Source: Mobula hypostoma (Eukaryota). From it: 64,000 nt of DNA. This document shows positions 27,895 to 40,994 of the stretch, in pieces. Each line of letters begins with the position of its first letter. The stretch's first letter is position 1. The translations under genes were made by a program, and so were the position numbers. The notes under the pieces were generated by a model that made no database searches, had not been told where the DNA came from, and worked only from the letters and a program-made list of their open reading frames with translations. Where the stretch lies: NCBI RefSeq assembly GCF_963921235.1, contig NC_086097.1, positions 142,230,001 through 142,294,000 of the forward strand. The letters are read 5' to 3'.

Positions 27895-28930
27895 AAAGAT
27901 CAAAGTAAACTATCAAAGTACATATGTCACCATATACAACCCTGAGATTTATTTTCTAAAAGGCATACTCAATAAAGCCATAATAGAATAACCATAAAGG
28001 AATCAATGAGAGACAACACCAACCAGGCATTCAACCAATGTCCAAAGGCAAAATGTGCAAATACAAAAAAAAATGATAGTAATAATAATCAATAAATATA
28101 GAGAACATGAGATGAAAAGTCCTTGAAAGCAACTCCATACATTGCTGGAACATTTCAGTGATGGGGAAAGTGAAGTTAACTGAAGTTACCCCTTTGGTTC
28201 AAGAGCCTGATTGCTGAGGAGTCAGAACTGTTCCTGAACTAGTGGTGAGAGTCCTGATGCTCCTATACCTTCTTCCCGATGGCAGAAGCTAAAAGAGAGC
28301 ATGACCTGAGTGGTGGGGGCAGCTGATGATCATGCTGCTTTCATGCAACAGCACTCCATGTAGCGGTGCTCAACGGTAGGAAGGGCTTTACCCATGAAAG
28401 ACAGAGCAGTATCCACTACTTTTTGTAGGATTTGCCATTCAAGGGCATTAGTGTTTCCCTACCAGTCCATGATGCAGCCAGTCAATATACTTTCCACCAC
28501 ACATCTATAGAAGTTTGCCATGCCAGATCTTTGCAAACTCCTAAAGCAGTAGAGGAGCTTCCATGCTTTCTTCATAATTGCACTTGCATGTTGGGCCCAG
28601 GACACGTACACTGAAATAACACTGAGGAATTTAAAGTTGCTGACCCTCTCCACCTTTGTTCCCCAAATGAGGACTGGCTCATGGACCTCTGATTTCCTCA
28701 TCCTGCAGTCGTTAATCAGCTCCTTGGTCTTGCTGATATTGAGGCACCACTCAGCCAGATTTTCAATCTCCCGCCTATATGCTGATTCATCACCACCTTT
28801 GATTCAGCTCACACCAGTGGTGTCCTCAGCAAACTTAAATATGGCAGTCGAGCTGTGCTCAGCCACACAGTCATAAGTGTAAAGCGAGTAGAGAAGGAAG
28901 CTAAGCAACATAGCCTTGTGGTGCACTTGT
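27895..28930 (-). mobile_element. Rex1/Babar RT and 3' fragment
   Basis: FKFAEDTTGV, VERVSNFKFLSV, FYRCVVESILTGCI on the minus strand. Confidence 0.82.
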
Positions 28931-31900
28931 GCAGACAGAAAGATGTCTCTCTATACTCCAATATATTAAGACCAATCACTTTTCACTGCATTTCCAATTC
29001 CATGTCCAAATCACTTATTGACTACAAACACTAATCCCAGCAATGAACCCATGGTATTTCAGACCCACTTATCAGTGAAAGTGTTTTACTTTTGTTTTCT
29101 AAATTTCCAGCCAGCCATCCATTAGTCAAGTCTACTATGTGGGACCTTATCAAAAAGATATGTCCACGTACATTATACTACTTATCAACATAGCTTGGCA
29201 TTTGAAATAGAGTAATCAAGACATTTCCTTTGAAATTTAATTCTAATTGCTCTACTTCTGGTTTCTAAATATTTTGATTGATGATTTTTATATCTTCCCC
29301 CTGACCACCATTAAGGAATGAGTTGACCTCCCTTTTTGACTGTTATCACCTGGATTTTACTCTCAATCTGCTGAATTATTCATGATCAGTCCAAGAGATC
29401 TTGATACTCTTTGACCTCTAACACTATGTCTGATAGATGTGAAATATTGTAAAAACACTCTGCCGTTTCATTTCATATTCTCAGCAATCCATACATCTGA
29501 GAGATCATAGCCAACATTATTTTTTATATTTGTCTTTTTTTTTAAAAAAACTTTTTCAGAAACTTTTCATCTTCTACTTAATCATCCTCTGCTTCATCTA
29601 GTTAACTTGAATTTGGCTAATGCTTTAGCTTCAGATTGTGAGCTTATTTTATCATTCATCCCCCATCATTAAGTCAGTGTGAATGGTTTAAAGCAGAATG
29701 AATTTTTCCAGCACTATTTTTTAAAAAGATACCAGGAGAAATATTTCACACATCCTCCAGCTTTACTTTATCTCGTTCTATTCTCATCTCAATAAATTTC
29801 ATCCTGTTTCACCTGCCTGTTAACATTCCTACATAGGAGAAACTAGAATTGAAAATTTTAAGATCCATTCTTATATAAATTGATTCCAAGAATGAAAGAA
29901 TAATTTTCCTTTTACTGCTACATTCCTTACAACTTTAATCAGCAGTACTCAGCCGCCTTTGATGAGCTTTCATTTTCTTCCATTTAACTGGATGTTGCAT
30001 CTTGATGATGCAAAAAATGTTCTTATAAATGACTTCAATGTTATATTTTATTAAAATCTTTTAAAGAGAAGACATTTCAGTGTACTCTGAAATGTCTCCT
30101 TTAAAAAAATGCAAATCAGTTACACTGATTACTTCCCACCTTTTTAAGCATTGCTAACTTTTTATTTATTGATGTTAGATTAAAAGATCTACAGCTGTTT
30201 ATACAGTTTTGCCAGCCATGAATACAAGAAACACTTTTTTTTCCCAGTCATGGTCTCCAAGTGACTCCAAAATAACTCAGTTTTGATTGTGAAAGATCGC
30301 ATGTCAAACAATTCATTTTTCCCCAGTCTCTTCAGGTCAATTCCCTTATAAATGTTAAGCAGCACTTTTAATGTTAAAAGCCACAAATTGCACTCTTTGC
30401 AGTCTAAAAGCATCTTATATTTCAATCTACTTTGATCCATGAAAATAACGTATATAGAACTGCTCCCTCAAATGGAATCTCTTCATACTCAATCAAAATT
30501 GTCAGCATTTAACTAATTACTTTTCCAGCTGTCTGTCCAAGCATCAAGTGATTTTGCATCCTCATATTCTCTGATCATTCAGATCCTTTATTTGCTGGAT
30601 CTATTACAATATTAACCTTACTGTCTAGCTAGTGTCAAAGTTTCACTACTTTTTTTTAAATCTGGTCCTTCAGTAACACTGAACTAAAAATTTCTATAAA
30701 ATGACAATCTTAAAAATGTATTTTCCAAAAAGCACATAATAGTTAACAGGTCATTCAACTAGATAATTTCTAGTTGACACACAATAGTTAGTATAATGGA
30801 TAGATGGATCATATACAGTATATATGGCAGAAAGAATATACAAATTTTTAGAAGCAGTGTGACCAGCGGAAAACACAAAGCAGAAAGATAGGCAGCATGT
30901 AATTTATACAAGCCATTTAAAAGGCAGCCGTTAAGATACTGGATCTACCTTTGGATACCAGGATTCAAAATTTGTTTTGCTAGGTTTAATAACAATGAAA
31001 GATGAATGATACTGTACTAACAGAAAATCTGACAAAGAGTGCTATTCATATTGAAAGATGATCAAAATGTATTAAAATTGGATGCAGGTAGGAATGGGTT
31101 TGAATTGACAGATGATTATGGACAAGGTAGCAATAGAGCAGGAAAACAACTTCCTAATGTGGGACCATCAGAGCAAAAAATATTCCAGCAAAACAATTCT
31201 ACAATCCGTTACTAGTAAAATATATATCCATACTTATCATCTCTACTTGATTTTTCCTCAATTCCCAAGTCATCTAATCACTTCCCCTTGATATGCAATG
31301 GTATCTCCATTTCCAAGTGCCCCATCACCATTCTGGAAGTCATTGAACTCAACTGGACTAGCCAGCAGCTACGTGAGATGTCAAAACTGAATATCGATGG
31401 GAACAGATTTACCACCTGACACTCCAAAGAACTCCATCCACTGAAGTCAAGACTGATGACATACTTTCCACTTACCTGGATCTTAAAAGGTATAAATTTC
31501 CTGAAGTGAACTTGCCAGAAATTCAACAGCCCTCATCTACTCCCATACAAAGGTTAATTAACAGTAAAAGCAGATTATTAGAATAAGTCTTTGCTACCTT
31601 GTAGTCTTAAATTTAATAGAATAAAAGGTAATCTCACTTAAAAACATCAAGCTCCTTAAGAAAACGCAGGATAAATGTACAATTCATGTTTCCCCTGGAT
31701 TTCTTATTGGCAACCAGAGCCAAGGGTCACAATCGTTTAAGGGTAGCCAATTAGAATAGAACAAAGAAAATCTTTCTCAGTCAAAGAAAGCATTGGAATG
31801 AACTAATCTAAAAGGTTTCAAGGCTCAGTCATCAAGTATATTCAAGACAGACAAACAGAATTTTAGATAGTTAAGTAATTCAGGAGACATGGGTTAGTGC

Positions 31901-33084
31901 AGGAATGTACCACTTAAGTAAAATAAATCACCTATGACATATTTAAATCAAGGCTAATATGCCCTTACTGAAATTGAGTGCTCAAGATTAAATGTAAAGC
32001 ATATGCAATAACTTTTATTGAAATACACCAGGATGCCTAAATAATTTTGATTCTTCACAATTAGGAAAACTGCTTTTCATGCATAACCTCGCATTGAATT
32101 TAATTTGTAAGGATTTGTCTCATTTGACATATATTCCCTCATAAGGAACTTCTTCCTTCTATGCAGCTTGTATATAAAATTCTGTTCCTTCATGTGAAGT
32201 CTGAGCTCCAGCACTCAGCTCTGGTGATTCATTCACTCAACAGTAGCTTTCTCAACTTTCATTAACTCTTTAACTAATGTATTTCTTATTATTTTCCCCA
32301 TTCTTACTTGTACCGTCTCCATCTACTCATGTTCAAGTCTATGATCTTTGGGCCTTCAATTCAGTTTTCCTGTCATTCACCTTTCACCACCATATGAAGT
32401 GAAGCTATCTAGATCCATGTAGAACTTCCTTCAGAACTCCTCTCAATATCATCATTTGCGTTCAAAAGCTTTATTAAATGTTCATTTTTAGAATCTCACT
32501 CTCTCAAATACATTCTCTGATGCTTAGTCACAATTCTCTCTGCTAAAACACAATAGAATATATAAATAACAATGATGACAGTACACCTTATTGCAGCATG
32601 GCTTGAATGTCATCCTCCTCTGCTGCATTGAAGTCAGCATTGGGCAATACATTATCACATGTAGCTAAATGTGAATCCAAATTTTTAACCAGAAACAGGT
32701 AGTAATATTCACAAGTATGTGATTTCGATTCTCATTTTCACATGGAGATTAATTCATTTTGTCATACTAACAAACAGTTAAAACACAAAAAAATGTAGTT
32801 GTGTTTTTTTTTATATTAATGGAGTCAGTTACAAGTGCTCTTCTTCCTTGATTACTGAATTGTAGATATTTGTAAGTACATTTAATTGCATTATCAGTTC
32901 TTAAATAAGTGCATGGGCTAAGTTAGTGACACTGTAGTCACATGTGAATATTCAGCAATCACTATTGGATAATATTAAGTTTATGGTTCAATCACAGAGA
33001 CACAAGGAATGAAAGACAGATGCCAGTTGTTCAACTCGTTAGTAAATCATATTTATTAGTGTTGTTAGTACACTATGGACCAAC

Positions 33085-35448
33085 AAAAGCACATCTTGCA
33101 AACTTTAATGAATAAATATTTGACAAGAATTAAAATTACTCACACACAAAAAGGCCTGAATGCTACATCAAGTTAAAAGCAGGTTCATGCCAAGATTTTC
33201 ACTTTAAGATACATTTTTAAAAAGTGCTTTAAAAATAAAAATGGCATCAGGAAATGCAGGTACCTCACATTTGGCTCAGATCCTTTGGAACTAATAATGA
33301 ACAAACTATTAACAAATGAATAAGGATGGTTTCTAATAATCTGCACTTCCCCGAAGTTTAAAGGCATTTCTCTACACATACCAGGCAGTTTCTTTTGGGA
33401 TTTCAATTAGTCAGGAGTGATGGCTATGATATGGAGATCAAGAGTGTAAGTGGGACCAGGGCCCAAGTTGTGGGCTGGGTGTGGCTGGAACTAGGATCTG
33501 AGTGCTTGTCTCAGAAGGGCACTAGATTGAGCTTTACTATAATTTGTAATTTAATGCAATCACAATCATGGTTGCATGCTTATATTACATCTGAAACTCT
33601 ACTACCACCAATTAAATGCTGTCATGGGATTTGGACAAAAGCTCACAGTACAGTCATATTTCTGGTCAAAGTACTCAAAATATGGAATGTGGGGAAAGAC
33701 AGCAAACATGGCAGAAATTATGTAGTTCAATTAAATCTTTAACCATTAACACAGTGCCAGGTATTGATGTTCATTCACTAACATGATATTATTACATATA
33801 GTTTCTTGTATACATGTCACAACAGATGGATAAAAGACCAATAATTTAAAAACAACTAAACCGCTTACTTTCTTGATTAATTAACGAGGCACAAGAAAGC
33901 TACCTTCTCTCATTGTTCTTCCTTCATTGTGCATCAATATACAAGGATGATTTACAGGATTACTAGTGGATTGACACAAGAGGAATGGAGTTTTGAAATG
34001 CCAGAAAATACTGTACAGATAGCAAGACAACAGCTTTTATCGTTTTTTTTTAAATCACCAATAATAATTCATTCCCAAGAATAGAAACAACTCTTCAATA
34101 GTGCATGAGATTCCAAATTAAAAATAAGGATAAGATTTCCATTTGCAATAGCAAAGTATGATTTTGATGTAAACTTCTTGGGTTAGACTGGGGATGTCAT
34201 CTTTAAGTCAGTGTTAGTTGCTCTGCACACATTAAAAATTATTATATATTATTCTGTAGATTTATATGCTTGATGGGTTATTCTGTTTTCGTTTTGCTAA
34301 ATACTGCATCTTCCCTTTTCCCTAGGTACCAGCAGCTCTCTGGTACTTCACACACATTTATGAAATAAAACACTTTTTTAAAAGCCATTCCATATACCCT
34401 GACACAATAGTAACAAACAGTCAAGCAATGCATCACAGAACAAATTAAAAGTACACTGCACTTTCCCAGCACAAACCTGGTGCACCAAGACAATTTAGAA
34501 GAGGGAGAGACCAATTTTATATCATTGGGAAATGAATCACAATGGTTTACTGTCCAGAAAGACAACTGCATAAAAAAATTTAAGTGCAAATAAAAAAGGC
34601 AAATCATCAGAATGTACACTGGTTAATAGAAATTGTTATGCTTTCCCTTTCCATGTCCTGGCTCATGATACAAGATTTAAATCTATAAATAATATAAATA
34701 AACTGCTGTAGCTACTGAACAAAATCTGGACAACCGGCTGTGAGGAAATGTAAAACTCAGGCATAAATTATAAACACTATCCCCAAAATAAAAAGTTTGG
34801 AATCCCATGAAATAATAGTGTTGAAGAATAGTGAAATCCAGCAATCACGATACTGGCAGTATTTCAAATGAGTATTGTTAACAAGATAAACTTTTGGCAC
34901 TTTGACTGCTCTGATGAATCAACTAAAATGTGGTTAGAAGTTTCACTACTGTTGTTTCTCTAACTCCACTGTTCAGTCACCATTGCAGTCAGCATCGTTA
35001 TGCAGTCTAGAAGATCAAAAATTTGTTTTCTATACCAATCAGAATCTTGCCCAAACATCCAACCATTCTTCCTTTTTTCTAGATACAAAGATATAACCCT
35101 ATTAATGAAAATCTAAGCAGACTTGGAACAGTTGGGTATAAATCCAATGAATTATTTTTGTACTAAATCAACTATTAGTTTTGCTGAACTTCACAAATTC
35201 CAGACCCACAATTCAATGCAGAGTAGATTCCAAAATACTGTAAAAACAAAGTAGAAGTCCAGCGGTCAAGTGAAAAAAAAGATGCTCTTTGATCCTTTAA
35301 TGCTCACCAAAAGTGGAACTGGAAATAATTGGTAAAAACCTTTTCAAGATGACCCTTTCAGAGCTGTAGAGGCTTGTTGTACAAACATTTAATCACTGGA
35401 GTTGCTCTCATGTGTTGAGAAGTGGGCTGAGTGATAAAAAGCTCCAAG
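33085..35448 (-). other. map4: Candidate 3'UTR of the short MAP4 isoform
   Basis: About 2.4 kb without a recognisable transposon fragment, U-rich on the minus strand, ending at ATTAAA followed by a GU/U-rich tract. Confidence 0.5.
33104..33109 (-). terminator. Candidate polyadenylation signal ATTAAA
   Basis: Minus strand reads ...tatttattcATTAAAgtttgcaagatgtgcttttgttgg; a second hexamer AATAAA lies at 33057-33052. Confidence 0.45.
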
Positions 35449-35453
35449 TTAAG
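35449..35453 (-). CDS. map4: Candidate MAP4 alternative terminal exon, coding part (G|CT TAA = Ala-stop)
   Basis: Long polypyrimidine tract (35461-35530), CACTAAC branch consensus at 35537-35531, acceptor ggcag|CTTAA; phase-compatible with the 69-nt exon; yields a 110-aa protein. No transcript evidence available. Confidence 0.62.
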
Positions 35454-35604
35454 CTGCCAGATACAGATAATCAGATAAGGGTAGAGAAAAATGGGGAAAG
35501 GAGAAAGGAAACAAAAAAAGAGCACAGGAAGTTAGTGTAAAGAGATTGACAAAAGATTATTTTAAACAGACAAAAATCCACAGAAACATTAGATCACAAA
35601 CCAG
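35454..35604 (-). promoter_or_regulatory. 3' splice-site region with distant branch point (CACTAAC, branch A 35532) and AG-exclusion zone
   Basis: No AG on the minus strand from 35604 to 35456; the pyrimidine tract directly follows the branch consensus. Confidence 0.6.
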
Positions 35605-37439
35605 CTGAAGCTCACAAAGTACTCTCCAATCTTCTCCCATCCATCTGAAGTCTTCAGTTCAATTATACAGTCAGCAGCTGCCATTTGGTATTTCACCTAA
35701 TTGCCCTTTTTCAGTTATGAGCCTCAGCTTTATCAGAAGGCAACTCAATATGGAGATCATAGTCAAGTTTAATCTAACATTTACACATTTCCAGCTAATG
35801 ATAAACAAAGAAACGAGCCCATTTTTTCCATTTTCTGAGCTGTTAAGGCAATGGCCAAGAGTGGCTTCTGCATCATTATCTCAACATATACTGGGTACAA
35901 ATCCTTGTGATCTTAATTATGTTTCTGCATGATGCAATTCTCAACACAGTCCTGTCCAGTGTTAAATATCCGAATAAGCTTAGCTATCTAAATAAAGATT
36001 AAAATATTTATTTCTGGTGCTAGTACATTACATCAATGCAGAAAATCAACTCAAATTTCACCAATGTACATATTGTCTTCCTTGATCCCAAGAAAAAAAA
36101 ATGCTGCCTTTTTAAACATGTCATTCCACTCCTCTTAATTTGGCCAGGTGCCCACATAACCATGTAGAAGTTTTGTTTAACACAAGTTATTACACACAAG
36201 TGTAAAAACTGGCTATGACTCATCATCCACTGCTGGTTTAAAGGGTGACATAATATTAAACGGTTTCCACAAACCATCCAAGTTAGTGCCAAATACATTT
36301 AATTCATGGCAAGCAAGAACTTTCTGATACAAAACTTAATTACTTTTTACTAGTCTGACCTTGTGTCAAATTGCCCTACATTTCCTACCACCCTCTAAGT
36401 TAAACACAGAGCCCAATTGCAACAAGCCTCCTACCAACTTCAAATCACTTAACTTGGAAATGACAAAGATACAGCGTATGAATATTCATTAGCAAAACCA
36501 CAGAAATTCTTCCCCAAATCTGAGCCAATCCTTCAGTTGTAAAATTGAGGTTTTAAAACAAAAACAAGCAATTACATAATAGATTTTGTAAGACATTATC
36601 AAATATATTATGCCACATAAAATATCAGAATAGATAACTAAAGCTTAGTCAAAGTAGTTTCTAAAAAAGATTTTAAACATTGAAAAGAGGGGTAGGAAGG
36701 CTTCAGAAGTGGCAACTAAATACAGGGCCAATGAAGGGCATCAAATAAACTTTGAAATGAGTAAGAGATCAGAAGCTTGGGTAACTCAGAGTTACAAGTC
36801 TGGTAGAATACCAAAACCAAGAATAAAATAAGGAAGGATTTGAGCTCGGTTAAAATATGTGCTAGTTGTTGTTTCGTCATGTGAAGTTTATTAACTTAGA
36901 AAAGTTGCGAAGGTGGAACACAGATGAATTCAGGTTAAAATAAAGGGAAATGTAACCCAGTTAAATTGCCAAATTAATGATCCAGTGATTTAGAAAAATT
37001 GTATTATAAAATTGTACTTAAATGTAGATAATTTAAACTCAATTTAGTAATCTAGAATTAAAAACTAGCATCAGCAGCAGTGATTATGAATCAAATGGAT
37101 TATGTTAAAAATCAATGCAGTTCACTGATAATTCTACAGAAGGAAATAACATTCTTATCCAACCCACCTAATATGTAGCATCACAAATTGCAGGACAGTA
37201 AAACTCCATAATTCAGCACCCCAAGGATATGTCATGGTGGACTAGTATATTTTCCAGTGAACTCCTATTAGGACACCAACATATTTTTTTTTAAAAGATG
37301 TACCATAGTATAATATATTTTGCAGTGAACCAGATTAGTTTCAAAAGAGCATGGGGGAAAACTGCAATAAGTTTAAAAGTGTGGGAATGGGGCTCAGATA
37401 AGTTTAAAGTGAACACAGTAAACAGAACCAGGTAAGCCA

Positions 37440-37880
37440 GATAACAAACCATCAGAATTTACAGACTGCAGAAGCTGGAATCTGAGGCAATGCGAGAAGC
37501 ATGGAGAAACTCAGTGGGTCTGGGAAATGGACAATGTTTTGGGTCAAGACTCTTCAGCTGGAATGGAAAGAAAGGGGATGTAGCCATTAGAAGAAAAGTG
37601 GAAGGAAAGCGTGGTGTGGCCCTAGAGTTAGCAATTGATAGGGGCAGCCAGGTGTGGGGGGGGGGGCGGGGGCAAAAATGAAATAATGGCAAAAATGTCA
37701 GAAGCCGAGAGGTGGAAGAGATGAAAGGGGGATGATGATGTAATATGACCAGAGAAGACAGTGGAGTTTCAAATAAAAAGGAGAGAGGTGGGGAGGGTAA
37801 CCACTGGGAGGAGTATGTGGGTAATTGGCAAAAGGACTGGGAGAGGATGGGTGAGGGGAAATAGGGATGATGGATTAAGA
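37440..37880 (-). mobile_element. Old Penelope-like terminal fragment
   Basis: ctgcagaagctggaatctga..aactcagtgggtc..aatgttttgggtcaagactcttcagctgga followed by a purine-rich tract. Confidence 0.55.
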
Positions 37881-37924
37881 CAGTTTTAATGTATTACAAT
37901 CAGTTCTTAATCACCCTCTGAAAA

Positions 37925-38372
37925 CAACCATATGATATAGAAGCAGAATTTGGCCATTTGGCCCATCAAGTCTGCTCCACCATTTCATCACTGCTGATAC
38001 AATTTTCCTTTCAGCCCCAATCCCCTGCCTTCCCCCCACCACCCAGATCCCTTCATGCTCTGATCTCTTCCTTAAGTACAAAGATTTGGCCTCCACAGCT
38101 GCCTGTGGCAAAGAATTCCACTGATTCACTACTCTCTAGCTAAAGAAATTCCTCATCTCTATTCTAAAAGCATGTCCCTCTATTCAGAGGCTGTGTCTGG
38201 TCTTAGACTCTCCCACCATAAGAAACATCCTCTCCATATGCACTCTATGAAAGCCTTTCACCATTCAATAGATTTCAAGTAGGTCACCCCCTCATTCTTC
38301 TGAATTCTAATGAATACAGGCCCAAAGCCATCAAATGCTCTTCATATGACAAGCCATTCAATCCTGGAATCT
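37925..38372 (-). mobile_element. CR1 3' end
   Basis: NQWNSLPQAAVEAKS; tail ..ctgcttctatatcatatggtt. Confidence 0.8.
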
Positions 38373-38590
38373 CCTGGGAAAAATGGTTCAACTTATTCAG
38401 CTGCAACTAATCACAACAAAATATTAGAGGAAACAAAAACAGGAGACTACCTGGCAGCAGCATATGTCTTAATTGGCAATCCAGAAACACATTCTCAAAT
38501 ATCTAGGAACTTGTATGTTAGAACTGTCCCAGACTAAGCATGATTCTATGACTTTTACGTCTCATGTTCAGTCTACATCCTAGATTTCTT

Positions 38591-38774
38591 TAGGAAGAGG
38601 CGCAGTCGACGTTTCAGGCCGAGACCCTTCCTTCAGTTAGTCCTGACGAAGGGTCTCGGCCTGAAACGTCGACTGCGCCTCTTCCTATAGATGCTGCTTG
38701 GCCTGCTGCGTTCACCAGCAACTTTGATGCATGTTGCTTGAATTTCCAGCATCTGCAGAATTCCTGTTGTTTGC
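38591..38774 (+). mobile_element. 184-bp young Penelope-like mini-insertion with 40-bp perfect inverted repeat
   Basis: 13-bp TSD TCCTAGATTTCTT at 38578-38590 and 38775-38787; arms 38591-38630 and 38648-38687; CpGs intact. Confidence 0.88.
38638..38675 (+). ncRNA. Minimal type-I hammerhead ribozyme motif
   Basis: tagtc-CTGACGA-agggtctcggcct-GAAA-cg-TC^-gactg: both core boxes, stem I (tagtc/gactg), stem II, palindromic ACGT stem III; predicted cut after 38670. Confidence 0.7.
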
Positions 38775-40994
38775 TCCTAGATTTCTTCATTACAATGGTT
38801 GGTAATGTTTAGACCTTACTAGGAGAATTCATCACATTTAAAAAAAGTGGTGACTACCTGTCTCAAGACATCAGGTCAAATATAGGAAATAAACTTCTTG
38901 CTGAGTGCTATTTAATGCAAGTCCATGGAAACACATTCCAACAGCTCAAAATCATTTGAAGCAATCCAAGTTAAAAGGGCACGGAATGTACTTGAAATGG
39001 GGGACATCATTCTCCAGCAGCAAGAGGATGAATAATGAAACAATTAATCATTAATCATCCACCTGTTTGCTGGATGAATCATAACTATGTTAAAATGGGA
39101 CAAATTCAGAAAAGATCAGGCAGCTCAAAACTACACATCCATAATATATTGAAAGCCAGCAGAAGTACCTCAGCATGTTTGCTTCATGGCCTGATTGTAC
39201 TTTCATCATACCATAAAGCCAGGGAACCAAACCTAATTCAAAGAAAAATATTGCAGAGAATTCCTAGATCAGCATTAGGTATACTCAAAAATGAGGTATC
39301 AATACAGTGCAGGTAAAACAGTACACGCCAACTAAATACTGCTAGTAAAAATTCAGAAATCCCAACTAGTTTTGAATAGTACTGGCCAGCCAATGAGTGA
39401 CAGAAGATGGAGGCTTAATATTCCCATGCTCAATGGCACCATGCATCACTATAAACAGAAGTAGTCAAAGGATGATCCCATCTTGGTTTCCTCCCATCAT
39501 TCTCTTCAGCATTGTAGTGAAATTAAATTCACCTAGGCATCAAGAAACAGCTGACTGCATTGGATACACCAAAAGGCACTAAGAATTTCCAACTATAGCA
39601 CTGCAAATATACTCCTTAAATTAGCCGATTCTTTAATCAAACTGTTCCATTAAAGTTGGTGAACCAGCATCTTATCTAACCATGTAGAAAAGTGTGAGGT
39701 AGATTGTGTCAGCAAAACAAAAAGCAGCGAATCTAATCTGATCAATTGCTTCCCCATCTAGAATTCTAGAGGCATGGCAAATGTGATGCGAAAGGAATCA
39801 TTAAATGACAACAAGCAGCATAGTGAAATAGAGGTCAGAAGGAATTTGAGGGGGGAAAAAAACACTGCAGTGGATGAAACTGACTGTGGTTGTAAGCATA
39901 ACTATATCGTTTGACTATGGCTATGCACCTAGACTGTTTTTCACAATTCACTTTCTATAAATTTGTCACCCAAAAGGTGCCCAAGTAAGAACTTACAGTG
40001 CTTTGTAAAAGTATTCAACGCCCAACCCTTTGTTCACATAAATGCGTAAAACAACTTGGGATTTTGATCAATTTAACTGAGAAATTTTATTTTGAATCAT
40101 ATGCTCCTTTTTTCACTGTAGAGCTCAAAAAGCAGGAAAAACGAAAAATTCAAAAACCGAAATGTCAGCAGTTCAAAAATATTCATCCCCCTTGGCTCAG
40201 CACTTAGTTGAACCACCTCTCTCACAGCTAATACTGCAGGTAGTCTTTATGGATAAGTCTCTATTAGCTTGGCAAGTTTTACCAATTCCTCCCTCCAAAA
40301 TTGCTCAAGTTATGCCAGGTTCATTGGGGAGCAGCAGTGGACAGCAATCTTGAGGTCGATGAGGTGTTCGATCTGGTTAAGGTTAGGATTCTGACTGGGC
40401 CACTCAAGGACAAATTTTCTTTATTTGAAACCAGTTCATGTTTGATCTGGCAGTGTGTTTTAGGTCATTGTCCTGCTGAAAGACAAACTTCCTTCCCATT
40501 TTAAGCTTTCTGGCAGAGGCTAGCAGGTTTTTATCCAGGATTTCCGTATGTAGCAGCATTCATCTTCCCATCAATCCTGACCAGATTTCCAGTCCCTGCT
40601 GCTACCTCCACCATATTTTACAGTAGAGATGCTGTTTAGATTTACACAATAACACTTATTTTTGAGGCCAAAAAGTTCCACTTTAGTCTCATCTGACATG
40701 ACTTTCTTCCATATCGTTACAGTAACTTCTAAGTGAAACTTTGCGAAGTCTTTATAGGCAAGGACATACCTCTTTTTTTAAAGCCAGGGCTTCCTCTTTG
40801 CTACTCATCCATAAATACACTTTTTGTACAAGGCCGTAAAGATGGTGGAGCCATGAACATCATCTCCAGTTGCAACCACCGACTTCTACAGCTCAGAGTG
40901 ACTGTTGACATCACAGTAGCCTCTCTTTCTAGTGCCATTCTTCTCCAGCAGCTATTTTTAGAGGGGTGGCCTGACCTAGGCGGTGTGGCTGTGG

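Noticed and set aside
29000..32900. Short ORFs in AT-rich DNA (e.g. 30189..30440, 31278..31526)
   Set aside because: No coding signature; the region includes traces of very old LINE sequence.
1..33000. Next canonical MAP4 exon
   Set aside because: No phase-1 exon with MAP4-like sequence was recognised by eye; it may be outside the window or too diverged.
35716..35870. Alternative acceptor gatgcag|AAGCC giving ...TEA, like the recalled human ending
   Set aside because: No polypyrimidine tract or branch consensus; the 35453 acceptor is far better supported.
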